Assembly (NCBI GenBank): GCA_016906335.1 | Contig: JADEYG010000001.1 | Span: 744,001-808,000, forward strand | Reading direction: 5' to 3' | From: Novakomyces olei | Lineage: Eukaryota | DNA length: 64,000 nucleotides | Shown here: piece after piece, positions 24,081 to 37,026 of the stretch | How positions within the stretch are numbered: position 1 is the stretch's first letter | Layout: every line of letters starts with the position of its first letter | The notes under the pieces: generated by a model | What the model saw: the letters and a program-made list of their open reading frames with translations, nothing else | Databases searched by the model: none | What the model was told of the DNA's origin: nothing | Made by a program: the position numbers and the translations under genes

Positions 24081-25860
24081 ATGCCGCCACAGCGGAAACG
24101 GCCACTGCTTGTGGGCAAACCTCTGCTGTATGTAGTATCCATCTTTTCGTCTCTAGGTGTGTTTCTTATGGGGTTTGATCAAGGCGTGCTCAGCGGAATA
24201 TGTGTGCAGCCATATTTCAAGGACTACTTTGATCAGCCCTCACGCGCCCGTATAGGTACAATTGTGGCAATTTTAGAGATTGGAGCTATGATTTCGACAA
24301 TGTTTGTCGGTGTTATTGCCGATACATTTGGTCGAAGGGCGACAATATTGTATGGTGCAATCATTTTTACAATTGGAGGCGCTATTCAAACGTTCACGAT
24401 TGGGTTTAAAACAATGCTGCTCGGCCGCATTGTCTCCGGTCTCGGAGTCGGTCTTCTCTCCACTATTGTCCCCGTCTACCAAAGCGAAATTTCACCTCCT
24501 CACAACCGAGGCAAACTGGCGTGTATCGAGTTTTCCGGTAACATTATCGGTTACGCGTCCTCCGTGTGGGTGGATTATGCGTGCAGTTTTATTCCGAACG
24601 ATTATGCATGGCGGACACCTTTGCTTTTCCAGGTAATTTCTGGCACTTTTCTGGCTGTAGGAACAAGCGTGATTTGTGAGAGTCCACGGTACTTGTTAGA
24701 CGTGGATCGCGACGAGGAAGGATTAGAGGTTATTGCGAATTTACACGGCAAAGGCAATTTACATCATCACCGGGCACGCAAAGAGTTTCGAGAAATCAAG
24801 GAAAATGTACTCGTTATCCGCGAGGAAGCACAGCGAGGGTTTGCCGATTTATTAAGAAAGTATCGACTGCGCTGTTTTATAGGCATGTCTTCCCAAGCTT
24901 TTGCGCAGATGAATGGCATAAATGTTATTTCGCTGTACGCCCCTATGGTTTTCGAGCAGGCCGGATGGGTTGGCCGGGACGCTATTCTTATGACTGGTAT
25001 AAATGCCATTGTTTATGTGGCCTCGACTGTTCCTCCCTGGTACTTGATTGATCGTGCTGGCCGACGCAAGATTTTACTTAATGGTGGGACGGTAATGGGC
25101 ATTGCGCTCGCCTTGATTTCTTACTTTATGTACCTTGATCATCGCTATACACCACAGGCTGTTGTTGTTTTGGTCATTATTTTTAATGCGGGTAAGGCTA
25201 CGAACGCGTGTATTGTTATTGTTTTATTTATTTGCTTGGTTTTATGTTTTATTTTTCATTATTTACAACTCCAACCCCTGCTTTTTCTTGCTCTAATTTT
25301 TTTTAGCTTTTGGCGCCTCATGGGGCCCTGTCCCATGGCTGTTGGCTCCAGAGATATTCCCATTATCGGTTCGAGCAAAAGGCGCCTCCTTGGCCACGGC
25401 AACGAACTGGGCCTTTAACTTCTTGGTGGGAGAGCAGACGCCTGTACTGCAGGAGGTCTTGAAGTGGCGGCTGTTTCTCTTACATGCATGTGCTTGCATG
25501 GTCAGTGTTGGTATGAGGAATTTCAACAGCAGTCGTTGATATACTGACACTCTAGTCGTCGTGTACCTTGTGTATCCGGAAACTAAGGGCGTCTCTCTTG
25601 AAGACATGGTAAGCTTACCTCAAAATTTACTGAGCCTGACACTGTTTAAACTTTAATCTTGTTGCTGTTGAACTCTTTTAACATACAAGGACATTTTATT
25701 TGGCGACCAGGCCGTTAGGACTTATGGCGCAGAGACGCTGTCTGTCCAGGACGCTGAGGGGACTAGCACTGCTGTAGACTCGACACGTGTGCCATTACTA
25801 GATGCAATGGACAAATCGCCTGACCGGAAAAATAAAACTTATGGCGCTATTGCCCCGTAG
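24081..25860 (+). CDS. MFS sugar porter family transporter
   Basis: GFDQG, D.FGRR, PVYQSEISPPHNRG, ESPRYL, QMNGINV, PETKG; three 3' introns. Confidence 0.93.
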
Positions 25861-26572
25861 AGTTCTGCACCTCATGATTGTTTGTATCATATATAGCTGT
25901 TTGCTTTTATTTTCCAGCAAAGCAGATATTCACATATTGGAAATAGACTATTCGTTTGTTGTATTTAATACATCTATTTACGTATTACACTTGCAATTCT
26001 TTTGTAATTGGCGCTCCTGTATGAAGTAGCCGAGACCACGGCCCGTTCAATATATGATTAGCCTGATACTGCCATCCACCTCTTTGTCGCTGCGGCCACT
26101 GAGACCATACATACAAGTAATTTAGCGAACCTCCTGATTATATTGCTTGTGCTCTCGCGTAAGTGACTGTGGGAGCCATTCTCTATAATTCAGTCGTTCA
26201 GCAGGTCAAAATCGCGCTATAGAGGTTACTTTTTTTTTTGAAAAATAAGCGCACCTTCGTGTAGTACAGTATATATGGTTCTAGTGTATTATATACACGA
26301 GGCACCCATGGTCAAAATATCTGCACTTACCACAGAACCAAAAAGTCTGTATGTAGAATCGTATAGTGACACCCGACGTTCGAATCTATCATCGTGCGTG
26401 ATTGATGTCATACACAAATCCAGCATTTTTACAAGCTTACAAGTCTATATGTAAATAGGCTGTATTAAAATATCTCTGATTGTCATAGTAGCATCTCGTC
26501 ATGTGAGAAAGGTCACGGGTTCAGTCTGGATTGAACTGAGCAAGACAAGGGTACAAACGTAAACAGCCCACA

Positions 26573-26863
26573 ATGGCTTTGACGACTGGTAATCAAGCAC
26601 ACTTGAAAGATGCAAAAAATGAGGAAATTATCGACGATCTGGGCTCTTTGAGCCCGCGCGGTACAAGTGCCAATGTTTCTTCGGGGCTAGTTAAGCGAAG
26701 AAGGGCGTGCACTATTGTTAAAAGCGTAAACGCGTCACACATAGAAAGCGAAGGCTTTGAGTCTGACGGGTCTATTAAACGCCGCGCGCGATCGCAGGCA
26801 TATTCTCCATCAACGAACAAGGTAATCATGGCTATTGAGACGCTTCACGATGCCTTCTTTTAG
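26573..26863 (+). CDS. Possible small orphan protein (96 aa), unassigned
   Basis: ATG-initiated hydrophilic ORF with basic clusters in an otherwise gene-free 1.5 kb; no recognised motif. Confidence 0.3.
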   Translation: MALTTGNQAHLKDAKNEEIIDDLGSLSPRGTSANVSSGLVKRRRACTIVKSVNASHIESEGFESDGSIKRRARSQAYSPSTNKVIMAIETLHDAFF

Positions 26864-27366
26864 AACAGCTACTGTGCGCCTGCTATATATAAATTAAAAG
26901 GCAGGAACTTATTGGCGTATCTGCAAACAGTCGGTTGGGTTTGTGTAGAGGCCATTAAATTCGGCTTTTCGTCAGAAAATATTAATGCAACATTTCTGTG
27001 TTTTATTCACACTGTGAAAACAAGTGCTCGTCGCATTTCCCCGTATTCCCCACAAACAATTATTGTGTCAAACACTCGTAATTCCATCATATCTAATTCT
27101 AATGCTATTTTTCTTGCCAATAACAAGCACAGCGAGCGATTCTACTTGTGTGTGTCCGCATCGATCCGTATAATCGATAAGAGCCTAATAGTAAGACGGG
27201 CCCCGTCTGTTTATTACCGCTTAGCCAACTGATATAAATTTGTTAATAGACGAGTTGAGATATTACATAATCGCCCACGGTATTGACGAGATCACAAGTA
27301 ACGCTACAGAGATGTCGCAATTGTAGTCGCAAACGCGATAGCGAACCGCCCACAAAACATTTTGAA

Positions 27367-28616
27367 ATGGCTGAAGCTCAAGACGGGTCGTCACTCCGTC
27401 GCTTCAAGGACGCGGCAAGGGATTTTTCGCCTACTTGTACTAATGAATCAGATTGCAGGAACAGTATGCCCTTTTTAACGTGGCCGTTTCATCCAAGTAA
27501 CCTTTCAGACGGGCGGTATTGTACAAGTATTAATCGGACAACCACTCGACCTCGTTAAAGTTCGGTTGCAAACGCAGGCGCGCGGAGCTGTGCCACAGTA
27601 CAATGGCGTCGTCGACTGCGTGCGAAAAGTTCTTGCCAATGAAGGGCCATTAGCTTTTTACAAGGTATTGTTCGTATAATGTGTGGTACTGCCAAGATTA
27701 TAATCAGCTGCCGTACCATTCAAACGTCATCCTATAAACAGCACAGTACAATGCTCCAGTGCAATGCTCTCTATTGCCCCATGTAATGCTGGCTGTTTGC
27801 TATTTGATATTTCATATTCCAGACACGTCTAACGGCTAAAGGGAACGCTTGCACCCCTGCTCGGTATCGGAGCCTGTGTGGCCACACAATTTGCAGCGTT
27901 TCACGAAGCGCGTCGATACTTTACGAGTGTGAATTCGCGTAATGGATCAAAGGAACCGGGAAAGCTGTCGTATTCAGAGCTGTACGCTTGCGGTGCGTTT
28001 GCCGGTGTTGCAAACACTGTAATCTCGGTATGTAATAACAAGAACAAACAAATTACTTGAGGTCGGGGTAACCTTGTCTAACAGCCAGAGCCCCATGGAG
28101 CTAGTACGCATAAATTTGCAGACACAGCGAGACACAAAGAAATACTCTGGCCCTTGGGACTGCGTGCGCCAGCTCGGCTTACGCGGTCTCTATCGCGGTA
28201 GCTTTGTTACGGTGTTGCGAGAAGCTCAGGGATATGGTGTATGGTTCCTTACTTATGAGTTTATTGTGAGGCATTTGGCGGCCAGACAGGAAGGCGGACG
28301 TGATAATTTGTCAGCCGTAGAACTGTGCGCTAGCGGCGCCGCTGCTGGCGAAGCACTTTGGCTCTCGAGTTACCCTCTCGATGTCGTAAAAAGCCGCGTT
28401 CAGTCTGATACACGATTCCGTGGCGCAATTGATTGTGCGCGACAAATGTGGCGTGCTGAAGGCGCTGGCGCGTTCTGGCACGGGCTTTCGCCGACTCTGT
28501 TGCGGGCAGCTCCCGCATCAGCTGGTACATTTATGACGTAAGTGTTGAATGTGGATATTCATATGCGTTTGCTGATAATTAATAGCGTTGAACTTACTCT
28601 CCGGCTGTTGGGCTGA
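27367..28616 (+). CDS. Mitochondrial carrier (Ymc1/carnitine-ornithine carrier-like)
   Basis: Three P-x-[DE]-x-x-[KR] signatures (PLDLVKVRLQ, PMELVR, PLDVVKSRVQ). Includes a GC-AG intron and a 12-nt exon. Confidence 0.92.
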
Positions 28617-29139
28617 GCTAAAAAAAGCATTATTCAAAACTAATGAATGGTATACTGGACATTGAAAATATTGTAGTAGACTTGTGCTATAATTGCGCCA
28701 AGCGGCCAGAGGAAGGATGGTACCTTCTCTCGTGTTATATAATATGATGTGCCGATAAGCCGATATTTATTTAGCTTTGAATTATGCGTACACAGTAGTA
28801 TATATAGATAAAGTAGCTGAAGTCTTGCCCACTTGTCGCGTATATATTTGACTGTAGGGAATATAATGCATGTAACGTTACATGGTAAGTGGATAAAGAG
28901 ATCTATTTTCCAGATCTGCAATGGCCAATGATATTCTGCGGATTACTATTAATATAAACCTCATCCACATCGATACGAACGACGTAACGTGTGAATTGCA
29001 CGAGGGCTGAATAATCAGGCCATAAACAGGATTCTGTTCTTGCACCGGACATAATTTGCAGTGTCTTAAAAGGGGCTGTCAAGAGAAAATAAATTTGATC
29101 ATGAATTGAGCAATTGACAATCCGTACAACAGCACTTCT

Positions 29140-29700
29140 TCAATTTAATGTAGACGAGCTGGGCCACACGGAATAATTAGTGATAAGCAATTCTAAGGAG
29201 CACATTAAAAAAGGCCCTCGCCATTCCCGAATCAAGTCGGTGGTAGACAGTATTCAATCGTGGGATGCTATCAGTCCTTCGGGGGCAAAACAAAATAAGT
29301 ATCCCAAAATACTAGAAAATAGCGTGCACGACCCTTCGACTAGAGCGTGGCAAATGCATTATTATGTATGGCCGCTGTATCAGAGGAGTTTATTTTCTTA
29401 GTTTAGACTTGATTTTATCGTAGGTTTGCGTGCTCTTCCTAGAACGATTCGTGGCTTCCCGTTCTCAACGCTTCAAGAGTACTTGGGGACGGTAATACAA
29501 ATTTGGCAAATCACTGGGCAGTCAGTCGATAAGCGACTGAGATTTATTGTGAAACAGGCAATTTTTTGGTTGCGAATGCTAGCCAATACAGTCGTAGATC
29601 CGCGCGTGGCAGTGCTGTCCTGTACTGAAACAAAAATTTAAGGCCCGTGATTTAAACAAACCCGAATTAATGTGTAGCACGAGTGAAGCTATGACGTACG
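29140..29700 (+). mobile_element. Probable decayed Tc1/mariner (DDE) transposase relic
   Basis: Broken-frame remnants occur in the expected order: FNVDE, SWDAIS..G, KYPKILENSV..PS, EFIF, DLNKPELMC (compare SPDLNPIENLW). Confidence 0.4.
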
Positions 29701-30938
29701 GTATCCTCGTACGATATGGACAAGATAACATTTTGATAGCATTTTCAAATTTCAAACTTATCACAAAGCATCCAGCTGAATTGAAAAGAATTGAATACTG
29801 GCACTGCTCCTATCATCCGGCCAACCTTCCAGTGGACGTTGTAGGCTTAGTCGAATTTACGTAACAGGCGCAATCGAACCTTTTCCAACCGGTATCGACG
29901 ATATACATGTATGTAATTTTGTTGTCGACTTGTTGCTATACTTTAGCCGTATATTTCAAGTGGAAATAATAACCTCTAACCTATCTATACTGTTCCTGTA
30001 ACTGATTCCACGATCGATTACTTGTACGAATAAAACCCAAGTAGTTCCAACTAAGGGCTTGTCTGAAGAGATAAAAATATTTCACCTCTGACGACGAGTG
30101 CGCACGTGTAATTTGCCACTTGCAGTGTCGATCAGTCCTTGCGTCCCCTGTTCGTATACAACTGGTTATGGCAAACACAAGAGTATGCTTGTAAAATTAG
30201 TACTTTCCGTAACTTGTTTGGCCAAATGACGGGCTTATAGAATAAACTGTTTACTGTGACGCGCGAACGCGTATGCAGCAAACGACGCGCGTAGATCAAT
30301 AATGCGCCGGTTGACAACCATATTTGAGTGTGCACACCGGACGAGCGGTGACCATATTGTAAGCATACTTTACAGGTAAATAATTACGATGCTTAAAAGT
30401 GATAGGTTGTGGTTAAACACAGCCGATATACAGATACGGATCGACGCCATCCGGGAACACCCTGACTAGCCCTGATGACTGTATCCCGATTAGGCAATGC
30501 ATTTGTGGCCGGTTTTACTGGGCGTGAAAAGTTTAGGAAAGACCCCGACCGGCGCGTCGCCCAAGCAAGTACCTCTGCACAATGCTTAATGTATATATAA
30601 ATACTGGGGACGATGGAGCCCGCAAAGTGAGTTTGGCAAAGGCGTTTAAGTACAATTAGTCTTTCCATCTCCCTTCTTCACATTGTCCCGCTTGATTGTG
30701 GCTTTGAGCAGTCAGTATACACCGTCGGACAAAACGGCGACTAAAACTACCGATATCCCGACTCCGGCTACCGACTCGGTATTAAGACGGCGGTTATCAT
30801 ATAATAAACAAGACAAATTATCGCGGTGCTCACGCAGGTTGAACTGACGCCCGAGTGTGAAGGGACGGCAGAGCAAATCTAAGGAGACGAGACGGGTCTG
30901 ACGTAAGCGATTGTTACCATTGCTCACTACGGCCAACA

Positions 30939-31021
30939 AACTGGAAACGAACTGAAACACACTGAAACAAACTGGAACAAACTGGAAAAAGACTGGAAAC
31001 AAATTGGAACAACCAAACTGG
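30939..31021 (+). repeat. Degenerate ~10-bp AACTG(G)AA(A)C tandem array upstream of the Zn2Cys6 gene
   Basis: About 8 imperfect units are visible. Confidence 0.8.
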
Positions 31022-31090
31022 CAAACGCTACGCCTTGCGCATCTCTACTAAAGCACAGCAGTACGAGTTAATGAAAACCCTGTCTGCACA

Positions 31091-32089
31091 ATGGACCTGA
31101 ACTCGACGAGGAAACGCGTCTCACACGCGTGTGAACGGTGTCGGCTAAAGAAGGCTAAATGCGACGGCCATTCGCCCGTGTGCAGTCGCTGCGCAGCGGA
31201 CGGTGAAGTCTGCGTCTACGCAGACCGCCACCGAGTGAAGGAGCGACACGCTCCTTCGTCAGCTTACGTGGATCTGTTGGAGGGCAAAATTACAGTCTTG
31301 CAGGATGCATTGCTTGTTCTTGCGCAGCAGCACAATAACCACCGTGAGGATTTTAGCCTCGACTCTCATCTCCCCAAGGCAGATCAGGTCAATGCCATTC
31401 TCGCACAGTTGGACACTCCTTACCCACCGCTTTTGAGCAGTGCGGCAGACGATCATACGGCGATCAGGAAGCAGAGACAAGATATCCATCAATTGCCGTC
31501 TCCCCGATCGTCACTCACGTCTACTGCCTCGTCTGTCTCTGATCTTGTTTCGTCAGCCACAGATGACTCGTTTGGACACGGCGTGAAAAGGTCGCGTATA
31601 GTTAGCCACGATGTGGAGCAGCGTGATATGGCTTCGCCCCCACATACACCCCCACTCTTGCACAGCGCTGCCTCTAATGCCAGCTCGAGTACGGAGGAAA
31701 GTGTTAAAGACGAAGACGAAGACGATGCTGATGCTCAGAGTATCGACATGGGAGCCCTGGAAGATCAGGTGCAATTGTACGCTGATTCTTATTTCTGGGG
31801 CAAACCTATGGCTGTGCCATCCGCTGAAGGATATTCTCAGCAGCAATTAGCTCAGCAACAGACACAGATGATTCCCGAACAGGAGACTCAGCAGCCAATT
31901 CAAGCACAGCAAAATGACTGGCAGCCTTTCCCTGTGCTGGATACTATGGTAACCACACCGGGAGAGATTGCAGATTTGAGTCTTCTTTCATACACTGACG
32001 GGACAGCGATTGCCCAATACCCTCTGCCGGCATCATTGCCACAGTTCTCGGCTGGGCTGGCCCGAAATTCATACCCCTTGGAATCTTGA
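31091..32089 (+). CDS. Zn(II)2Cys6 transcription factor (Fcr1/SclB-like)
   Basis: RKRVSHACERCRLKKAKCDGHSPVCSRCAADGEVC, then YVDLLE coiled coil and VNAIL motif; intronless. Confidence 0.9.
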   Translation: MDLNSTRKRVSHACERCRLKKAKCDGHSPVCSRCAADGEVCVYADRHRVKERHAPSSAYVDLLEGKITVLQDALLVLAQQHNNHREDFSLDSHLPKADQVNAILAQLDTPYPPLLSSAADDHTAIRKQRQDIHQLPSPRSSLTSTASSVSDLVSSATDDSFGHGVKRSRIVSHDVEQRDMASPPHTPPLLHSAASNASSSTEESVKDEDEDDADAQSIDMGALEDQVQLYADSYFWGKPMAVPSAEGYSQQQLAQQQTQMIPEQETQQPIQAQQNDWQPFPVLDTMVTTPGEIADLSLLSYTDGTAIAQYPLPASLPQFSAGLARNSYPLES

Positions 32090-33053
32090 ATATCCAAAAC
32101 GTCAGACTCAATTGTGAACTTTTTGATTAGTTTCTTTTGAGCCTTTGTTTATGCAATATTTGCATTTATGAATATGACTTTAATGACCTAGCGCCGATAC
32201 CATCTGCATATTTATCTTGCAAATGAGATTGGCAAACGAACGATTTCTAGAGATACAAGCAGTACTGCCATGCAAGTGTCTTTTGCATCGCGCGCGTGCG
32301 TGCATGATATGACCCTGCTTTTTGGGAGAGGCTGCTTTTGGCAGTATTTGCTTGAATTTTTTGGTGGATTTTAACCCATAATTTATGAGAATGACAGATC
32401 GACAGAGATAGTATGAGTGGTTTACCAATGGTAAAGCGAACTCTACATGATAGACAGAGATTCAGAGGGCCAATGCGATGAAAAAATAATAAAGAACCCA
32501 AAATTCTGCTCTAGTCTCTGGGACAATGAGAGATCCAGAGATCGGAAAGCCATTTTTTGGGGTGCCTTTGGCAAACGAAATAGTTGAGACGAGTACGAGA
32601 AAACGTATAATGTACATATGTTGACAAATTAATAAATAGTGCGTTCATCTTGTAGTGATTAGTTTTTTGTTTTTATTTGCTGCCAATTAATCAATCAATC
32701 AGCCAATCTGAATGCTCTATCAATAGACTTTTCCTTATTTCTTGATATCATTACATCTGCGAGCACCGCAAAGCTTGCTACTTGATAACAGTGCATTAAA
32801 CAATATTCATGCGATATATGAAGCGACACGATCTATAAATTTCAAACCTGCAAAAAAACAACTCCACTCTATCGAAGGCAAACAATCTCGCTACCCATTA
32901 TCCGTTCAAATAAACCTTAACGGCGCGACTAATCGAGCCGCGCTATACGCCCATTCACTCCAATTAAACTGACCTGAGCAATCATTACGATAGCCATTAT
33001 CTGATTACTCGATTAGATAGCATTTCGATGCTTCAAAACAAGATTAGAGCACA

Positions 33054-33857
33054 TTAATGTGCTTTGAAAGTCCGCACATACTCTCCATACGGCAAAGAAA
33101 CCTTGGAACCCTGGTACCGTACAAGATGGATCTCGAGCGACCGCAGTTCCGTTGGAACACCGTTCCATCCAGCTTTTCGACAAAGCGATAAAAGTGCATC
33201 CGTCTTGGTCCAGCCTTGCTCCACCATCACGTCTGGGAGGTAAGTGGCACTTCGTCTACGTAAACCGTCTTGAAAAATGATCTTGATTCCGTGCTTCCCA
33301 ACTTCCCACGCCATACAATCTGTACCCATATCCTCGAAATCATGAAGAACAGTGACACTAAAGTCAGCTCAACGCCACACGAGAAAAAAAAAAAATATTA
33401 AAAAAAAAAAAAAACAACAAAACAAAACAAAAATTCATGAACCATAAATTCGAAAAGGGAAAGAAAGCGAGTGTACCTGCAAACAAGACTAGCCAGTTCT
33501 TTGCGAGTGATAGGAGAGAAACGCGTATCCTCGAAAGCGCTGTGGCAAGTTAGTAATTCAAAGTGCAAAAGGGCAGGCTTACGCTAATTCAGCATAATCT
33601 TCCAAGACTTGCTGAGCATTTCCCGGTTCAAATGTGCCTATACACCCGCGAAGCCGCTTGTGTCCGCGAGCGACCACGTCCCAAGTTACAAAGACGGCAC
33701 TAAAGTTAGCCAAGCAGGAAACAACTACAGCAACAGCCAATACTCACCAGTCTGGCTGCTCAGATACATCAATCTCTGGAGAATCCATGTCTAGACCGCG
33801 TTCTAAAGCACTAAAACATACTGCGCACAGTTTCTCGGGCGCTTTAGCCGTGGCCAT
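33054..33857 (-). CDS. AMMECR1 family protein
   Basis: Manual translation gives VFVTW...RLRGCIGTF, SAFEDTRFSPI, WEVGKHGI, ATYLPDVM.EQGW; three introns. Confidence 0.93.
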
Positions 33858-34348
33858 GAGCTCTTATTGGAAGTGGATAAGCCGTCCGGCTTGTCTAGTA
33901 ATATATATTAAATTAATTAAATATAAATAGCGACAATGACTACATTATATTATTATTTCTGCAGTCAATAATATAAACGACAAAATATAGCTGGAAAGGA
34001 GAGCTGAAATTGCAGTTTAGTAAAAATGCTATATTATGGCGTTGACAAGTCACACAATGTGCATACTCAGTCGAGGGTTTGCGTTTATCACAGATGCGTA
34101 ATATATTACTTGTACGACGCGTATATACGGTGAAAGAGAGGAACACTTCAACAGTTAATATACAACAGTTAATATACAAGAATCAATATACAACAATTAG
34201 TATGGAGCCAATTAATATGAGCCCTGTAGAGACTCCTTGGATTCTCGTATATTAAATTTAAACTGACACAAGTATGTCATATAATTAATACTCTATATTT
34301 TATTTACAGTCCACACAGACCTGTGTGCAACGTGGCGAACGCGATACG

Positions 34349-36346
34349 ATGCGCACGGTTCTCGTGCCGCCTTTGCTCCTTTTACTCTTTTTTTCAGTAT
34401 GTTCATTTGCACATAGCGACAAAGAGTCATCGGCCTCTTTTCTGGCTCGAGGCGACCAGTTTCTCAGCGCTGGAAAGCTGCAAGAAGCTTATGATGCGTA
34501 TGATCGTGCTGCCCGGACTGACAGTGACAACTACCTCGTCTTCTTCAAAAGAGCAGCAATAAAGCTGTCTATGGGGAAGGATTCTTCTGCCATTGATGAG
34601 TAAGAGCTTTTGCGTTACGGTTTCCTGTTTGTGTCTAGTGCTCTTTGCCAGTTTTGCTTTTGGAATTGTTGCCTTTTGCCGTGATGGCTGTCTAATTGCC
34701 AATTATCTATATTTTAATTGCTCATTTTGCATGGCCTTGTATTCGTCTCCTGGCTAATTAAGGCTTTTTAATTTTTTAATTTTTTAATTTTTAATTTTTA
34801 TTCATTATTTATTTTATTTTATTTTTAATATTCCCCATATTTCATCAACCTTAATCCAGTGGATCCGTTGTCTAACACACACAAGCCTTGACCGAGTTCT
34901 GGAGCTTCGGCCTCAGTTCGATGCGGCTTTGGACCAGAAGGGGCGAGCTTTACTGCGACTAGGCCGGTTCACTGAGGCGGCAAGTATCCCGTCTATGGAA
35001 AAAGATGCAGCAGAAGCTCAAAAAGCGCAGAAGCGAATGGAACATGCCTTAAAAGCTCAGCGGTACCACGAATGTGTGCAGGACGCTGAAGTAGTGCTTA
35101 AAATTGCGTCTGGAAACGGCCGTCTAAGGAGAATTAAAGGTAGCTGCCTTCAGCAAATCGGTAAAACAGAGGAGGCAATCGCCGCTTTCTCAGCAGCTCT
35201 TGCTCTTCAGCCTAATGACGCGGAGGCACAAATTATGCTAGCAAAAATGTACATGTTTGCGGCGGCGGAACCAAAACGGGCAACGTCACAATTGCGCAAA
35301 TATCTCCACGTTGATCCGGACAATAGCAGAATAATTCGGTTACAAAAAGAGTTTAAAAAACTCGAAAAACGTGTACAGGAAGTCGAAAAGGCGAGACAGG
35401 AATCTCGATGGCATTCTGCTTTGCGCTTGCTGAAATCGGATGACGGACTGATAAACGAGATTAAATCATGCGTGCAAGAGGCTGATCTGGGACAGTGCCC
35501 TGCGCTATTGCTTGGCAGGGTCAATGAATGGACTTGCGAGGCTTTAACAGCCGTTGAAAAGCACGAAGATGCAGCTGTTTATTGCCGGACTGCTCTAGAA
35601 TTTATTCCCAATAGCAGACCGGCCAATTTTGCCCGTGTGGAAGCGGCTTTAAGAGGAGAAGAGTGGGACGATGCTCTTCACATTTTAGAAGGAATGCTGA
35701 AGGATCCAGAAACCGGTGATGATCCCAAAGTACACGAATTACATGACAAGACAGTGCGCTTAAAAAAGATGGCTGGGAAAAAGGACTATTATAAAATTCT
35801 GGGAGTAGCCAGGGATGCTACTACTTCAGAGATAAAAAAGGCACATCGCCGGCTCACGATCAAGTTCCACCCGGACAAGTATAAGGGAGAGATGTCGCCA
35901 GAGGCTGTGCAGAACAAGATGGCTGATATTAACCAGGCATATGAAGTGCTTTCTAATGGAGGTGAGTGGGTTGTCTTGCTTTAGCTTTTGCATTTATGAA
36001 GTTTGATTCTTTCAGTATTTTTCTTGTCTGATTTTGCAATTAACAGGCCCCTCGGCATCTTTTTGCTTTCTTGTAACATCCACTTTATCGTCCTATTATT
36101 ACTTTAACCTTAGTTTAAATCTAAACCTCACAATACTAATTCCCAGATCTACGGAGGCAGTACGACAATGGCGTCGACCCTAACGATCCCGAGTCTCAGC
36201 AGCAGTATAATCAGGCGCAAAACCCCTTTGCAGGGTTTCCGGGAGGCTCTCCGTTTGGACATGGAAGAGGGCAGCAACACTTTTTCCAGCAACAGCGTGG
36301 AGACGGCCAAAATCAGTTCCGGCAGTTCAAGTTCAATTTTGGTTGA
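34349..36346 (+). CDS. ER TPR-containing DnaJ co-chaperone (DNAJC3/P58IPK/Jem1-like)
   Basis: Signal peptide, TPR repeats, J-domain DYYKILGV...HPDK...INQAYEVLS, and a G/F-rich tail. Confidence 0.92.
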
Positions 36347-36615
36347 TGAGGGGGGATAAAGAACACGCATTTTTTGCTCAAAAGCTCTAACAAGGCGCAT
36401 TAGCCTGGTCTGCAAAGCAATTCTACATGGTATAGATTCCCGTGCCTTTTAGCAATAATATACAGGTGCATTAAATATTGTAAGCGCATTTATATAGAGT
36501 AGTCGAGTAGGATCGTACAGACAAAAGTGCCAATGAATTTCAAAGATAAGATAAAATAAAAGGGCTTTGGAGAATAATTGACTTGATCACAAGAGTAAGG
36601 TACACATGCTCTATT

Positions 36616-36939
36616 CTATCGCCGATCGTACGGCAAAAGAGCCTCCAACATTTTGTGGAAAGCGCCCCGCTTATTTCCGTCAACGAGCTTATAACCATGG
36701 CTGGCATTTTTCCGCTCTGTATTCTTTTGCAGACCGTGCTTGAGACTGCCACTTCTCGTCTTTAGTATACGCGAGGCCACCGCCTTATTAGTCTTGAGCT
36801 TGTAATTTTTCAAGGCCGCGACAGTGGTAGAAAACGAGCAAGTCCTTAACGCAATAAACGGCTTTTTAATTAGCAAAGGTTTAACGGCTAATGCACAATG
36901 TACCCGAGGCGCCAATAGCCGATTCATCGTGGAAAACAT
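36616..36939 (-). CDS. Mitochondrial ribosomal protein bL35m-like
   Basis: Presequence-like N-terminus followed by KLKTNKAVASR...SG.LK, similar to the L35 KxKTxKxxxKR motif. Confidence 0.6.
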   Translation of the reverse strand: MFSTMNRLLAPRVHCALAVKPLLIKKPFIALRTCSFSTTVAALKNYKLKTNKAVASRILKTRSGSLKHGLQKNTERKNASHGYKLVDGNKRGAFHKMLEALLPYDRR

Positions 36940-37010
36940 GCTGGCAAAGACAGTCTTGATTGCACCATATAAGTTGTGCTCCCACACATTTGATATTTAG
37001 AAAAAGAATA

Positions 37011-37026
37011 TTAACCCTAACCCTAA
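37011..37026. promoter_or_regulatory. Telobox-like (TAACCC)2 in a short divergent promoter
   Basis: TTAACCCTAACCCTAA lies between the bL35m-like gene and the 37117 gene. Confidence 0.5.

Noticed and set aside
26470-26540. tRNA-like segment (CAT loop, AGGTC..GGTTCA)
   Set aside because: The T-stem and acceptor stem do not pair and there is no proper D-arm.
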